A stretch of 64,000 nucleotides of DNA from Octopus bimaculoides (GCF_001194135.2 NC_068990.1:38331991-38395990), one strand, 5' to 3'; counted from the stretch's first letter, positions 49,932 to 63,789 are shown. Notes: generated from the letters alone by a model not told the origin. Made by a program: numbers and translations.

Positions 49932-52900
49932 CGTTCTGGTAGCTATATGGAGTTTGTTGTGAATGTCAGTAATTATTTTCTAACTATTAGATATATTGTT
50001 TAGTCACCAGGAGACAAATCTACAAAGAGAAGTTTGTTTAGCAGTTTATATACATCGTCTTTTCCAGAGTTGACTTATAAAATTGCTGTCTCAGTTGTCC
50101 TCATTATTCTTTATTTCACTAAATCANNNNNNNNNNNNNNNNNNNNNNNNNNNNNNNNNNNNNNNNNNNNNNNNNNNNNNNNNNNNNNNNNNNNNNNNNN
50201 NNNNNNNNNNNNNNNNNNNNNNNNNNNNNNNNNNNNNNNNNNNNNNNNNNNNNNNNNNNNNNNNNNNNNNNNNNNNNNNNNNNNNNNNNNNNNNNNNNNN
50301 NNNNNNNNNNNNNNNNNNNNNNNNNNNNNNNNNNNNNNNNNNNNNNNNNNNNNNNNNNNNNNNNNNNNNNNNNNNNNNNNNNNNNNNNNNNNNNNNNNNN
50401 NNNNNNNNNNNNNNNNNNNNNNNNNNNNNNNNNNNNNNNNNNNNNNNNNNNNNNNNNNNNNNNNNNNNNNNNNNNNNNNNNNNNNNNNNNNNNNNNNNNN
50501 NNNNNNNNNNNNNNNNNNNNNNNNNNNNNNNNNNNNNNNNNNNNNNNNNNNNNNNNNNNNNNNNNNNNNNNNNNNNNNNNNNNNNNNNNNNNNNNNNNNN
50601 NNNNNNNNNNNNNNNNNNNNNNNNNNNNNNNNNNNNNNNNNNNNNNNNNNNNNNNNNNNNNNNNNNNNNNNNNNNNNNNNNNNNNNNNNNNNNNNNNNNN
50701 NNNNNNNNNNNNNNNNNNNNNNNNNNNNNNNNNNNNNNNNNNNNNNNNNNNNNATATATACACAATAATGTCTATACGTATATCATGCAAAGACATAAAG
50801 GTCTAATGAATAATATACGATATATCTCTTCTATGTGAGTTTGAACCCAGAGATTTATTTCTTGTCCAGGAAGTCAGTGCACATAATTATCTGTTAATCA
50901 TTCTCCCCTCTTTCAACAGCAGCTAAGCATATCTACATTTGACATAATTGCAACTATTTATAATTATATATAACCTGGTTGACTAATTCTGATTTATGTT
51001 AGCAGTAATAGCAACCAACAATATATCCCAACACAACAACAGCTTTTGACGAGATATGAACTGGTTTCAGTTTGGTCACTTTATATCATACACATCGGAC
51101 TTGCAGATGAAATTCTTTAATAATTAAATAAAATAAAATAAAATTGAAAAGTAAGGAGTGCATAAGAATACAACATAGGGGTGGGTTTCTAAACGAATTT
51201 AATTAATTGAAAATCGTGTCCCTTCATGGAGGCCTCCAAATCACTATTGCTGTGAAAAAGAATGTAATAAGGGGAAGAAAAAAAAGAAAGTGATTTTCGA
51301 CACCAATATATAATCGCTAGAAATATTAGTTCTTCAACCTAATATTGCAAGACCGTTTTTGCTTGAAAAGTTCGAACAATTTGGACACCACTTGGGAAAT
51401 ATGTGGTCAAGAGAAAGGCAATAATTATTCAAAGTGTAAAGTGTAAAAGAAGAGGAGATATTGCCATTGAAGCATATCAACATTGTTTCAAGTGGCTGGA
51501 TTCCTCGTGTGTCAGCCGAGCGGTAAAGTGGAATAGGTTTCTGTGTCTTAGATTCTAGCTAAAATCTGAAAAATCTTTAAATGGTGTGTGAAATACCGGT
51601 TGACCGTTGAGATGAAATGTTGTTTCTGACGAGAAAACGATGACACAGTAAAACCTTTACTTCTTGCAAGACTTACATTGCAAAACATTTCTAGAATTAA
51701 ATTGGCCGAAATCATCTAATTAAAATCAATCACCTTTGATCAAAGATTCTCCGAGAATTTCTCTAAATGAAGAAGCTATTGCTCTCTACTGCTGTTATTT
51801 CTGATGTTGTAATTGTTGTTGTCTTCGTTTCGCGGGTAAGTACCAGAAATATATCAGATTAGAAACAATTTTCATCTAAAGAATATTATAAATTCCTATG
51901 TATTTGATGAAGGATAAAGACGTAATTCACCAACGGGCTAAGTGCATAATCATATTAGTTTCGTCTCCTGTATGTTATAAGTTCAAACCCTATTGGGAGA
52001 AACTTTCGTTTCATCCTGCTGGCTTGAGCAAATCAAGCAGTAGATTCATGTATCATTTACTCTAAACTCACTCCACACACTTGCATACGTTTTTCCGTGA
52101 TCAATTCTGTAGAATTATTACTTTAAAGTTATTGTCTTAAAAGTTGAATATCATTCAAATGAGATACTTTATAACTTTTACTCGCATTGTCAATATATTC
52201 CTATAAAAATATAATTGATTTTCACATTACGAATCTGTGGTAAACTAAACAGAGGTCATACACAGTAGAATTTGAAGAATATATACCAAACAAAACCTTA
52301 GATATAGATTTTAGACACTGCTTCAATGATTAAATTCAAATTTTAATTGTAAATATTATCATTATTTCTCTCTTCGATATTAATTCATAAGCTTCCTAGA
52401 AATGGTAACAGTTGGAGATTCCATCCAATTTTTTTATGCATGATTATGAAAACAACGTGTATTTTATGAAATAACGAACTATTATTTAAGGAAGATCAGT
52501 CTGTGTATAGCCAGTCCAAGGGAAAATGAAACGTGATAGACTCACTGAGTCCATTAAAAACAGCAGGAAATTTCTGTCTGACAAATGTCACCATCATAAT
52601 ACCGAAGGAAATATTTGCTATCTATAGAATATATTGGGTGGTCACGACTGGAAAGGTCTTAATATTTTTGCTTGAACACGACTAACCTGGGGTTAATGTA
52701 TAACAAAATAACAAACTATTGGTAAGTGTTAGTTACTTTTAATAATGAAAAGAATGGGGGAAAATTGCATTATTGTTTGTGAATTTGTAATTGAGTGGTA
52801 ACAGTTTCACCCATGATGGTAGTGAAAATGAAGAACGCATGTAAAACGGGTTGAAAAGCACAATAAAGTAATGCACATAGGACAGGAAATATATGTACGC

Positions 52901-53680
52901 GTGTGTTTTTAAGTATCTGTATATATGTTAATAAACTGGATATTTTATTCGAAGTGTAGAGTATTATATATCCATTACGACCGGTCTCACCAATCGGTTT
53001 TGTGCTCGGGATTCAACGGAGTGTTGAGTAAATATATAATTATGCAGCCCTCCACTCATCAGAAGTAGACGCTAGGAAAAGAAATATGGTGGCAGCTCTT
53101 TATAGTGAGATGTGAATACAGACACCTGATTTGTGGTTGCTGTGAAAATGATGATTAAACGAAACAGGTTTACAATTACGTCTCTTGTACTAAAACCTCG
53201 CCACTGGGATAGCTATGCTGCAAGTCGGTAAGAGTTTTCTGGATTCTGGAAAAGTTTGTGAAAAATGTGTGTCCTTAAGGATGGTGTTCTTGTGGAAAAG
53301 AAATTTGTGTAGTTCTACTATATGTACAACCCTTGCAGGGGATGTGGGCATACACATGTGATCGTTATTATGTTCTTTCTTTTAATGTATTGGTTAAATT
53401 CGTGGGGTCTTTATGTCTGTATGGGGAATGTGTAGGCTTGCAATATGTGTGTGAGTTTATAATGGGGGGATGGAAAAATAGTCTTTTGGGCAGATGTTCG
53501 CCATGTTGGGACCTGTGTGTTTGTTTATGGGTTCGTTAAAGTATGCTCTGGTCAAACTCCAAAGTTGTGGGACTGGTGATTATCGTCATGATGGGCACGC
53601 AGATATGATAGGATGTACTTCTTTTCGTGTAGGCAGGGATTACACATTTAACTTCTGCTGTTATGGTAAATGCCTGGGTG

Positions 53681-54060
53681 TCAGGTGCTCTTTAAAATCA
53701 TTCTTTGCTCAGTCAAGCATAACCTGCACTTCCTGCTACTAGAATCCTCCATTTTATGCTGTAGTCGGTGGCGCTTTCTATCAAAACCCAAAACGGGCTA
53801 GGCCAGAGTTGTGGCGTTACTAAAATCATTTTTACACTGAGTGCACAGCTAAAGGAAATTTTCAGGTTATGCTTATTAAATATTTTGTTGAAACTATTTG
53901 TATGGGAGACGTGCTTGTCTACTAAGTTCAGAATAATCTTACCTACTCGGATTTTAACACTTCAAGAGAAAGATGGTGTGAACCACAGCAGTTTCCATTG
54001 GCGCTTCGTCGTGGAGGCGTTAAGGTCTGGCATGTAACTTATTCTATCCTTGAAACCGTT
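53681..54060 (-). pseudogene. Penelope-like element relic 1 (RT thumb/linker joined to the C-terminus; GIY-YIG core deleted)
   Basis: KRQWKLLWFTPSFS*SVKIRVGKIILNLVDKHVSHTNSFNKIFNKHNLKISFSC (WFNPP...KVSYSC motif), then FWVLIESATDYSIKWRIL and RKCRLCLTEQRMI. Confidence 0.8.
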
Positions 54061-54199
54061 GGCAGCCATATATATATNNNNNNNNNNNNNNNNNNNNNNN
54101 NNNNNNNNNNNNNNNNNNNNNNNNNNNNNNNNNNNNNNNNNNNNNNNNNNNNNNNNNNNNNNNNNNNNNNNNNNNNNNNNNNNNNNTTCAAAATTGTAC

Positions 54200-54330
54200 A
54201 AAAGAAACAAAATTTAAGAGACTGAGACAAGTGAGGAGACAACAATGTGTATTGGTTTGACAGTAAGGAAAAATGGAAGAATCTTTAAAGTTTCGAGCCT
54301 AAACACTTCTGCAGAGAAGAATGGCGTGAG
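54200..54330 (-). mobile_element. PLE-type terminal repeat with a decayed hammerhead motif (54283-54318)
   Basis: Homologous to 63830-63920; minus strand ttct CTGCAGA A gtgt-ttag-gctc GAAA CT TT aaaga. Confidence 0.55.
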
Positions 54331-54671
54331 AAAACAGATGCAGAGACGGAAAGAAGTAGAGAGAAAAGAAACGGTTCTCTATTAACGGTTGGACATCATG
54401 AATTTAGCATAAGGTGGAAGTGGTTTGAGAGGGACGACAACAATCACCTGGATAAAATATATGTGTCTTTGCGAAGATAATGTGTGCATGTGTATATCTA
54501 CGTGTATATGGGCGAGCACGAATGTATGTGTTTGGACAGGCCTGTGAAAGTGTGTAGGTTCATGTACAAGAGGCTGCGTGTGTATGCGTGTATATGTGTG
54601 TGTGTGTGAGTAAGCATGTAGGCACGTGTGGAACGATGTGTGCCTGTGCTCTGTGAGTGTGCAAATGTGTG

Positions 54672-54806
54672 TGGAGTTGAGGACTTGAGATCATAGGGGA
54701 CTGAGGATTGAAGAGAGAAAATAAGATTCTGCTCTGACGGAGGCAGGAGTCCGGGTGGCCTCTGTGCAAGGCCTGTCCGAACACATGCGTATATAGTAGC
54801 AAATGA
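54672..54806 (-). repeat. 135-bp direct duplicate of the PLE ORF C-terminus (pseudo-LTR-like); partner at 55588-55722
   Basis: 131/135 identical by direct comparison. Confidence 0.95.
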
Positions 54807-55579
54807 ATGGGTGTGTGTTGACGTATCTTTATATGTGAGAGCGTGCAATGCTACCTAACGCGCGCGCGTGTGTGCAAATGAATGTGTATATCAGCTAATG
54901 TGTGCATGCATACTTTGTGCAAGTAGCGTGCATGCGTGTGTTCTTGTATCGCTTGTACGTGTGTGTGTGCGCGCGTGTGTGTGTCCGCGCGTATGTAAAA
55001 AGCAGTCTGACATATAAATGCGTGTGTGTGCTTGTACATAAATTTGTGTGTGTGACACTACTGTGCGCGAGCGTATTGCATGTGTTCGTGCATGAATGTT
55101 TATGTGCTTATGCGTGTGTATGTTTGTGAACGAGTGTACGTGTTCCTGTTATCAGTAGTATATATATTGGGCTGTTAGATAAAGCGTGTGCGTATGGAGT
55201 TGATATGTGTGTGTATATTCTGTTTTTGCATTTATATATGTGTGTAAGGGCACTTGTGTGTGTTCGGACTATCTGACCTATGTGTGTGTTGTACGGGGTA
55301 GATATAGGTCAACCTGGGTGGAAGTGCAAAGCAGGATAAGTGTCAAAGGAGAGTGGAGTTGGGAGGCGTGGAAGCGTGACTGTATGCATGCTACGTGGTG
55401 GGGAAGGAAGTGACAATGTGTGGAAAGTGGGAAAGTATGTGTGTACGTATACATGCACATATTCGTGGGTGTATGTGCATGTTGGAGGGGTGAGTGGTCT
55501 TGATATAGAGTATAACATTGTAGAGGTTTGGGATTGAGGTGGTTCGGTAGTGGAATGTGGGAGGTGTGTGGTGTGCGTA

Positions 55580-56245
55580 AATGTATTTGGAGTTGAGGAC
55601 TTGAGATCATATGGGACTGAGGATTGAAGAGAGAAAATAAGTTTCTGCTCTGACGGAGGCAGGAGTCCTGGTGGCCTCTGTGCAAGGCCTGTCCGAACAC
55701 ATGCGTATGTAGTAGCAAATGACCAGTCGAGTGGAAGGGGCACGAGAACAGGGCCTCATTGCTGAATATTATGTCCCGGAGATCTTCGGTAAATCGATCA
55801 GCTAAACGCTGGGCAGTTTGTTCAATGTAAAGGGAATGATTGAGAAATAGAGAGACAGAGAGAGAGAGGGAGAGAGGGAGAGTGAAAGAGAGAACAGAGG
55901 TTACAGTAGATTATATTGCTGGAGATGTTGGTGAATAAATCGGTGATGTGGTTGGAATGCTTGTGGGTGCCGGTGAGGAGAGGGGTGTTGGAAAGTATGG
56001 GGTACATGCCGTAACGTAGGTGAGGGCAAGGGAAGAAGCCTTGTTGGGTGCCAGGAGTGGGGAAGAAGTTACCGACCAGAAGGTCTCGTAGGTTATAAGC
56101 ACGTTAGGAGGAGGGGATGTGTAAGTTGAGGAAGATGCGGGCGATGGAGGTCTCAGATCGGAGTCGGTGGAAATCTCGAATGCAAATGGTGCGCTGGAGG
56201 GGTAAGGTGGTAACTGAGGCAGGGAAGTGAACGCATACGTACTCA
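55580..56245 (-). pseudogene. Penelope-like element relic 2: RT C-terminus/linker plus GIY-YIG endonuclease
   Basis: RAYNLRDLLV...GFFPCPHLR...ITDLFTNISSNIIYCNLCSL, a (CT)n expansion, then LYIEQTAQRLADRFTEDLRDI...FHSTGH...EQKLIFSLQSSVPYDLKSS. Confidence 0.88.
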
Positions 56246-57738
56246 CTCACAAATATATTTATGACCTAGCTAGGATTCTATATAACTTGCTGCCCTTTAT
56301 TTTTCAAACGCATTCCCTGGAATGCATGTGTCAACGCTAAAATGTTATTTCCAACGCTTCTTTTTGGTTAATAATGCTTAACAAACTCAGTAAGCCGTGT
56401 TTATTATTTTAAAACCTTCATTATTATTTAATCTTTTATATTCGAAATTGTTTCTTTACGCTCCACCATTACGAAGCTGTGAATTTCTATACATGTTTAG
56501 AACATGTGTCTGGTGTGTGTGTGATTATGTATGTATGTATGTATGTATGTATGTATGTATGTATGTTATGTATGTATGTACGAGCACACTTCATACCTAC
56601 TTTCATACAGAATAAATATGTTAATCTTTTGCTATTTAACAATATGCCTCCAAATTTTGATACAGAAAGAGTGAAATTCTAAAGAATTTTGCAAAACATT
56701 TTCTAAATATGGAACAGTATGAGACTTCAAGACGACAGGAAAATTATGGGAATGCGTAAAGTATATCAAACATTTTTAAAATTGTATCTTTTTATTATGT
56801 TCTTTGATACCGATTTTATTTTTGTTCTGGCGTTGTTCGGTCTTAATGGGATGTTTGGTGTCGCCTATCTTAACATATTAAAATTTCATATTTAAATAAT
56901 TATAATATTTGTACCAGCACGTTGTCTTTTATTTTGTTAAAAGCTAATTCCCATTCGATGCTGTTTAACTGTTGTAGTTTTGTCCATTATTTTAGTTTCC
57001 GTTGTTTTTATTGTTTTATTGCTGTTTGTGTTATTTATTTGTTCCTTCATCTAGATTTAAAAGGAAATGTAAAATGTTTTTTTTTAAAGTTTTATTATCT
57101 ATGTAATCTAAATATTCATAAATTTAGACAACATTACATTATATATTGTTACAAATAGCCACGCATACATGCACGCACTTACCCATAGAGAAACGGGGTT
57201 TGACATTCACATATAAGTACACTCGTCAATGATCTTACTCTCTGCCCCTCTCTCTTTCTGTACACACACACACATACACACACAACACACATATATATGG
57301 AGAGAGAGGTTGATAGATAGATAGATAGATAGATATGTATGTACGTATGTATGCATGCATGTATATGTAAAAAAATATATAATTTTGTAAATACATTGGA
57401 GAGAGTGAATATTTATATTTATACTTCTTATGCATGTACGTATGTGTGCATTTATTGGAATGATTGCTAACCTATATCTTTTGTTCTTTAGTTTAATATA
57501 GCCATCAGGGCCATTGCTACGGTGACGCAAACGAACGAGATGAGAAATTGTAATGTGTCGATATACCTTTGTAAAAGCAAGTATGTATTCAAAGAAACTT
57601 AGTATTTCGAAGTATGTCTACATACATAAGTATCTCTGTATATACATATGTATGCATGTATGTATGTATGTATGTATGTATGTATGTGTGTACGTATGTA
57701 CGTACCTATGTATATATGCTTCGATATCTGCATAGACC

Positions 57739-57773
<35 letters not shown>

Positions 57774-57793
57774 TTGGAAGGAATTTGTGTTGC

Positions 57794-58437
57794 GTGTGAT
57801 CGTCCCATTAACCATGACAGAGAAAGTTGAGCATCAAATTTTGCAAACAGCTTGGCGATACCTGCTCAGAGGCCTACGCAAAGTTTTCAGAAAGTTTTCA
57901 TCGTTCTCGACACAGTCGAAAAGAACATGCGCAACTGGAACCCGTGAGTCCTTTTGGTCAGTTGAAGGCAAAAACTTGGCAGACATGCGTCTCATACCGA
58001 AATAGCCAGGGGTAATGGACTGAACTAAACTGTAACCAATCTGCACATCCTCTGATAATTCACGAATGGTAATTCGACGATCTCCCCTCACAGCTCCATG
58101 CACATCTACGATACCCTTCTCAGTCACGCTGGTTGTGGGTGTCTCAGAACTTCGTCAATATCGACACTTTTTCGGCCATCTTAGAAATGTCTCAACCACT
58201 CGTACACTTGAGTAAGGCTCATGCACTCCTCTCCATATACTTTCTGCAACTTTGCGTAGGCCTTTGAGTAGGTATCGCCATGACAACTTTCTTTGTCATG
58301 AGCACTGCAACGATCACACTGCAACGATCAAGCGCACAGCAGAGTTCAAGGTTTATCTTTGCCAAGCGGCTTCACTCTACATGCTTTAGCTTCGTTACTA
58401 TGGCAACAGTCTGGATGTTTATTGAGCAGACCTCGTA
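57794..58437 (-). mobile_element. Rearranged (fold-back) mariner: 5' TIR, transposase N-terminus and an inverted copy of its own 5' region
   Basis: TIR TA-cgaggtctgctcaataaacatcc at 58437-58413. Protein AYAKLQKVYGEECMSLTQVYEW...DRRITIRELSE...GMRRMSAKF...DENFLK. Inverted arms at 57794-57895 and 58239-58319. Confidence 0.88.
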
Positions 58438-59397
58438 TATGTATGTAATTATTGACATATATATGTATATTTAAACGTCGATACCGGTGTACTAGTAAGC
58501 AAATGCGCGTGTTTGTGGCTAGATTTGGTTGTCGTTGATGATGATGATGATGGTGATGACGATGACGACGATGATGGTGGTAGTGGTGGTAGTGGTGGTC
58601 TTGGTGGTAGTGGGGCTGGTTCGAAGTATTTAAGAAAATTTTCGCTCCCATTATTCTAACGCGTCCTTCTCTCTGTCTCACGAATATTTCATTTTATTTT
58701 CTCTTCGATTCCCAATGCAATCTCTTGCATTTATTTCTTGTCTCTCCTCATCTCTGCCACTTCAAATTTTCACACATCATCTTCTTTTACTTCCGTTTCA
58801 CTCACTATGCTCTTTTCTCTCATTTTGTCCTCCGTCCTCTTTTACCATGATCCCATCTCCCTAATACGATGAAATAAAATTTGTAAACGAAATACTTCAA
58901 AACTTAGAACAGATTTCATCACCATCATCACTACAGTAACCACATATTTGCATTCTACCTTACATTAAATATTTACGTGTGTTCATAATTTTTAAATAAT
59001 GCATCATTTTTCATCAGCTCCAAGCATAAATTTTAAATAGCTCCATGTATAAAGGAAGGGATTATTGAGTGTTTAGGCAAGTTCGAAGTTTTTAAAAAAC
59101 AAAAAAAAAAAAATGAATAGTTGTTTGCTGTTATCTGACAAATATTTTGATGACAAAAATGTAATAATTTAATCTTACTATAGAATGAGGAAACTACATT
59201 TTTCATTTTCTAAAAATAAATCATCAGAAGTCTTGTACCATGTTTTTTTTTTTTGTTTTTGAGGCTCAAGACTTTTCAGACACCACAAGTATATATATAT
59301 ATATATATATATATNNNNNNNNNNNNNNNNNNNNNNNNNNNNNNNNNNNNNNNNNNNNNNNNNNNNNNNNNNNNNNNNNNNNNNNNNNNNNNNNNNN

Positions 59398-59570
59398 CTG
59401 TGGCCATGCTGGAGCACCGCCTTTTAGTCGACTAAATCGACCCCAGGACTTATTCTTTGGAAGCCTAGTATTTATTCTATCGATCCCTTCGGCCGAACAG
59501 CTAGGTTACGGGGACGTAAACACACCAGCATCGGTTGTCAAGCGATGTGCCGGGGACAGTCCCATACAGA
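59398..59570 (-). mobile_element. 3' half of family B SINE
   Basis: tggccatgctggagcaccgcc...gaccccaggacttattc...ggggacgtaaacacaccagcatcggttgtcaagcg. Confidence 0.88.
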
Positions 59571-59722
59571 CCCCCCCCATATATATATATATATATATAT
59601 ACATATACACACGGACACACATATCGTTGCTATTATTTTAATCTGTTGTATGACCAAATTTGGCCAAATGCTTCTTTATGAATGTTTTTGCTTATAATAG
59701 CCGGTTCTTTTGGTCAAACTGT

Positions 59723-59844
<122 letters not shown>

Positions 59845-59864
59845 GAATGGGCTATAGCAAATGT

Positions 59865-60305
59865 TCTGCTCAATACCACAGACTTGCTTGTCAGTTGTTT
59901 GACCTTAACCAGTTGAGCATGTCCCTTGTTAACTGACAACATGTCTATCTTTGATCATGAGCAGAAGTAGTTAGGGAGCATCATAGCCATGTGTTGAGAG
60001 GAATTCTTTGCAGTTTGAATAATTCACCCCTGGAAACATAGGTGTTTCATTTAACATCCTTAAACAATCTTTATTCAAGGACCTTTTGTGCAGATCGACT
60101 CGACCACAAGAAAATTGTAACTGGGCCCCAGTTGCAAGTTCATGCGCTGTTTATCTTGATATAAGATCACCATATCACGCACAAATGGTCGTGATGCATG
60201 TGCTTGGTGTACCCTTATCAGACGAGTTGTCATGATGGGTGTATAGGGCTTCGTACATTTTATCCCAGTGTCACTTTGATGGCATCCACTGCTCTCTCAC
60301 TCAAA
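59865..60305. mobile_element. Probable interspersed repeat of unknown class, lying between microsatellites
   Basis: Higher-GC non-coding block bounded by TAA/AAG and TAA/CAA tracts. Single copy in this window; class not determinable from the sequence. Confidence 0.45.
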
Positions 60306-62399
60306 GAGCATTACAACAAACCACAACACATACCCGAGGCACACAGAGCTGCGCTCAGTAGATCAGTGAAAGCACGTGATAAATATAATACTACTGAATA
60401 ATGATAACAATAATAATAATACTAATAATAACAACAACAACAACAATAACAGGATCATCATCAGTGTTCAATGGAAACATAAGCAAGACGATACGATAAT
60501 AGATATTGTCAAATGACTATAGAAGGAATTAACTATCTCATTATTATAAAGAAATCGTTTGTTTAAAGCTATAACAATTGGTGTGTTTATTTTCATCTAA
60601 ACGCACTGCCTTACAAAATATTCGTTATATTGGCATCGTTATTGCCTGTAGGTAACTTAAGTCTAAAACTATATCGACTTCATTCAAATGGTTTCCGATT
60701 AGTTGTGAAAATGCCTGTATTAATAAAACATTAGACAAAAAATGGTTTACTGTATTTAATTTTGTCTCTTTATTTTCTGTGTTCGTATCTTGGTGAAGCT
60801 CATCTTAGGTGTTGACATTTGGAATGTTCTACCAGTTGGCTAGGGTTGTCGATGTAATAACTGAATGTCAACAACTGTATTTATATACAGTGAGATCGAC
60901 AAAAATACTCCCTCCAGTGAAGGATAAATATTATTTAATATACACAGGATTTAAACCCATGCTACTTCTAGTTTCATGCTATAAAATCTCGATGGTAATA
61001 CAAGCTTCTATAGCGTGCCGTGTCTTTCCAAACAATCATTGTTTCTCAAATACACAACACAGCTCGTCTTTGACCAAGTTGAAAACAAAAACATAACGAG
61101 AAAGGATGCTGGGATTTGAGGATAGAAGAAATGAGAAACTACGAGAGGAAGGTAAAAGAAAAGGGGAAATGAGAAAGGAAAGGGAAAAAGAAAAACGAAG
61201 ATTATGAGTTTAATCTTTTTGGTCCGTTCGACTCAGAATATATATATATATACTTGGTGTAAATTAATTCTATGGAGAGAAGGACAAAGTTTGTGATGTG
61301 AAACTGGCATTTTCCGGTTCAATAAATGAAGCTTGTGCAGATGCTAACATTTAATGAAATATTCAAAACTAGAATTTAGTAGCCTAGTAGAGATTTTTTA
61401 GATCTAATAAAGATAGCTCTTGCAGCTAAACAAAGCCTGCACATCTTCGATCCATTTAAGTATGGCGTTGATCATTCCGTGATGCTCCACAATGGTGTGT
61501 AGCGTTTTGTAAGTTTTCAGGTCCTAAATATGGCTAGCTGAATTGGTAGCTTCTCATTCATATGTCCATATATTTTTATGTATCTTAGCGTATCTTTTAA
61601 TGTATCCATATATACTACCTGTGTATATTATATGTATACATATACACTACCTATATACATACATCGGATATATGTATCTTAATTGAGTGCCTGAATAACA
61701 TCCAATAGCAATTCATATTCGAGGCTTCGATGAAGCTATAAGATGTTATTCAGTCACTCAACTAAGAGTCCACCGCACCTTATAGCAAACGCAGCTGTAA
61801 GCTAATGAAACTTATACCATAACCATTGTTTTTCCTCTTTCTTGTACTACCGCTCTATACTCATCTAACATTTTGTTCTGAAGAATACGTAGATTTGTTA
61901 TGCACCAGATTACTACTCTTGTAATGCCTAAACGAAATATATATATAAAACGCAAAATAGCGTTTGACCCTCTGGCCGATAACTGATAACGAGTTGGTGA
62001 CCTTTTGTGTCTGTCTTTTATTTGTTTGTGCATTTATTGTTTTTAACCTATATATACAGTACACATGTCGAATTCGTAGACAGCCTTATTGTGAGGAGAC
62101 AAAATATGAGTGATAATAGTGGCTTTATAATGGTTTTTGACTGCTGTTTCTAAAGTTATAAGGGTTTTTACTACCCTTTCCATTATAATTGTGATTTATT
62201 CACAATTATAAACACTCTTTTTTATGTAATTTATAATTACATGCTTGGCCATTGATATATTCATATATAATAATTAATTGCTTATGATATATCCTTTGTA
62301 ATGTATTTAAAATTCCTTTTTAATTATATATAAAATAATTTTAAAAATTAAAGAAAATATTAACGGTTTCAGTCAATCTCATCTTATCAAATATCAGTA

Positions 62400-62775
62400 A
62401 AACTTTTGTAGTAAAGACAGTTTCTATTCTGTTTGGTGGGTCAAGAACACGCCTGGAGATTTTTGGTTGAAGTCTTCTTTAAATGCAGTTTGGTATAGAG
62501 TCAAATAATTTCTGTTCTTTTCTCTGATTTTTAAGTTCGTTTGGTATTTTTCCCCTATGCCTTGTTGTAACTCTAGCAGCTTTTAATAAACTTCCTGCAC
62601 TACTACCTTCTTCTACTATCTACTCTAGCTAATTTACGCTTATATTAACCCTCTTCCACCTTCCTTTCTAAGTAGTTATAATCTTGTTACTCCTGCCCTT
62701 GGGTGGAGTCCTCCATTCATATTGAATTCCTTCTTAGTTCTACCTAGCTTTGCTAATTCAGTTCATTTTTCACTC
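62400..62775 (-). pseudogene. Non-LTR retrotransposon relic (R4/Dong-like RT C-terminal region)
   Basis: MNGGLHPRAGVTRL*LLRKEGGRGLI matches the HPxxxxxRLYLPRxxGGRGL motif. Confidence 0.7.
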
Positions 62776-63514
62776 TCTGGAGAAAATTGCAAAACAAGGT
62801 GACAATATCCGAGGTCTGAAAAGGGGAATTTTACACTTGGACCAAACCCTAAACAAGTCTTCTCATCAAGTAGGACTTGATGAGAACGTTCTTTGCAGAG
62901 ACGAGACCATTGCTTTTCAGTAAATTTGAGAAAACATGGAAGTGAGTGATAATCTTTGCCTCATTGAATAGATAAAATATCAGGATATAAGCATATAAGA
63001 ATAGGTCGGAGACCGCAATAAGGATAAGGAGCTTTCAATTGATAGTCTAGGTATTGAATGATATGCTGAAGAGATCTTCTGAATGGGAGTGATGGATGCT
63101 ACCCAGCTGTAAATAAACCATTTCTTTTGTTTTTTCATGTCTGACTTCATACGATGTCATTGCGTACTCTGTTATAATATACATATATCTGTATAGAAAT
63201 GAAAAACAAAAAAATCAACCACTCTTATAATTATTATTACTGTTCTTGTAAGTGATAGTATTTTTCTTGATATTGTTAATCCCGCCGGAGTCGAGTGAGT
63301 GTATTTCCCTTGCAAGAGCAATAAACTCATCGTTAACTACTGTTTCGATAAATCGATTCCCACAAAATATTAATATTTCCTTTTGCTAATGTTAAAATAT
63401 TATTATCATGATCATAATTATCTTCATCAACATTGTAATTATCATTCAAAACCATCAACATTATTTGTTAGAAATCAATAATTGTTGGAATGCCAGAATG
63501 GTTAGGTTGAAGAA

Positions 63515-63551
<37 letters not shown>

Positions 63552-63789
63552 TACATATCCTGCTGTAGTTTCAGAGGCGGCATAATGCCAACAAGAAGCA
63601 CACGCAGGGCTTCTGTTTCGTATTTTCATTCTCATTAGTCAACTAGCTAAACATTTAACCAATTAACTAATCGATTGGTTGATTAATCTTTCGGTCAATC
63701 AATCAACTATGCACGTCAGTGTCCATTCGTCGCTCTTCGCATCTTCATCAACGACATGCCCTTACTACTCCGCATTTGTCTGTCTGCTA

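Noticed and set aside
52979-53062. CTGATGA ... GAGACCGGTC on the minus strand, downstream of PLE relic 1 (hammerhead-like)
   Set aside because: GAAA is mutated, the 67-nt insert does not close a stem II, and stem I needs a bulge. It may be a dead pLTR ribozyme but cannot be supported.
60805-60905. VDIWNVLP, resembling a CR1/L2 3' end, or an exon after a pyrimidine tract
   Set aside because: Too short and interrupted by stops to call either way.
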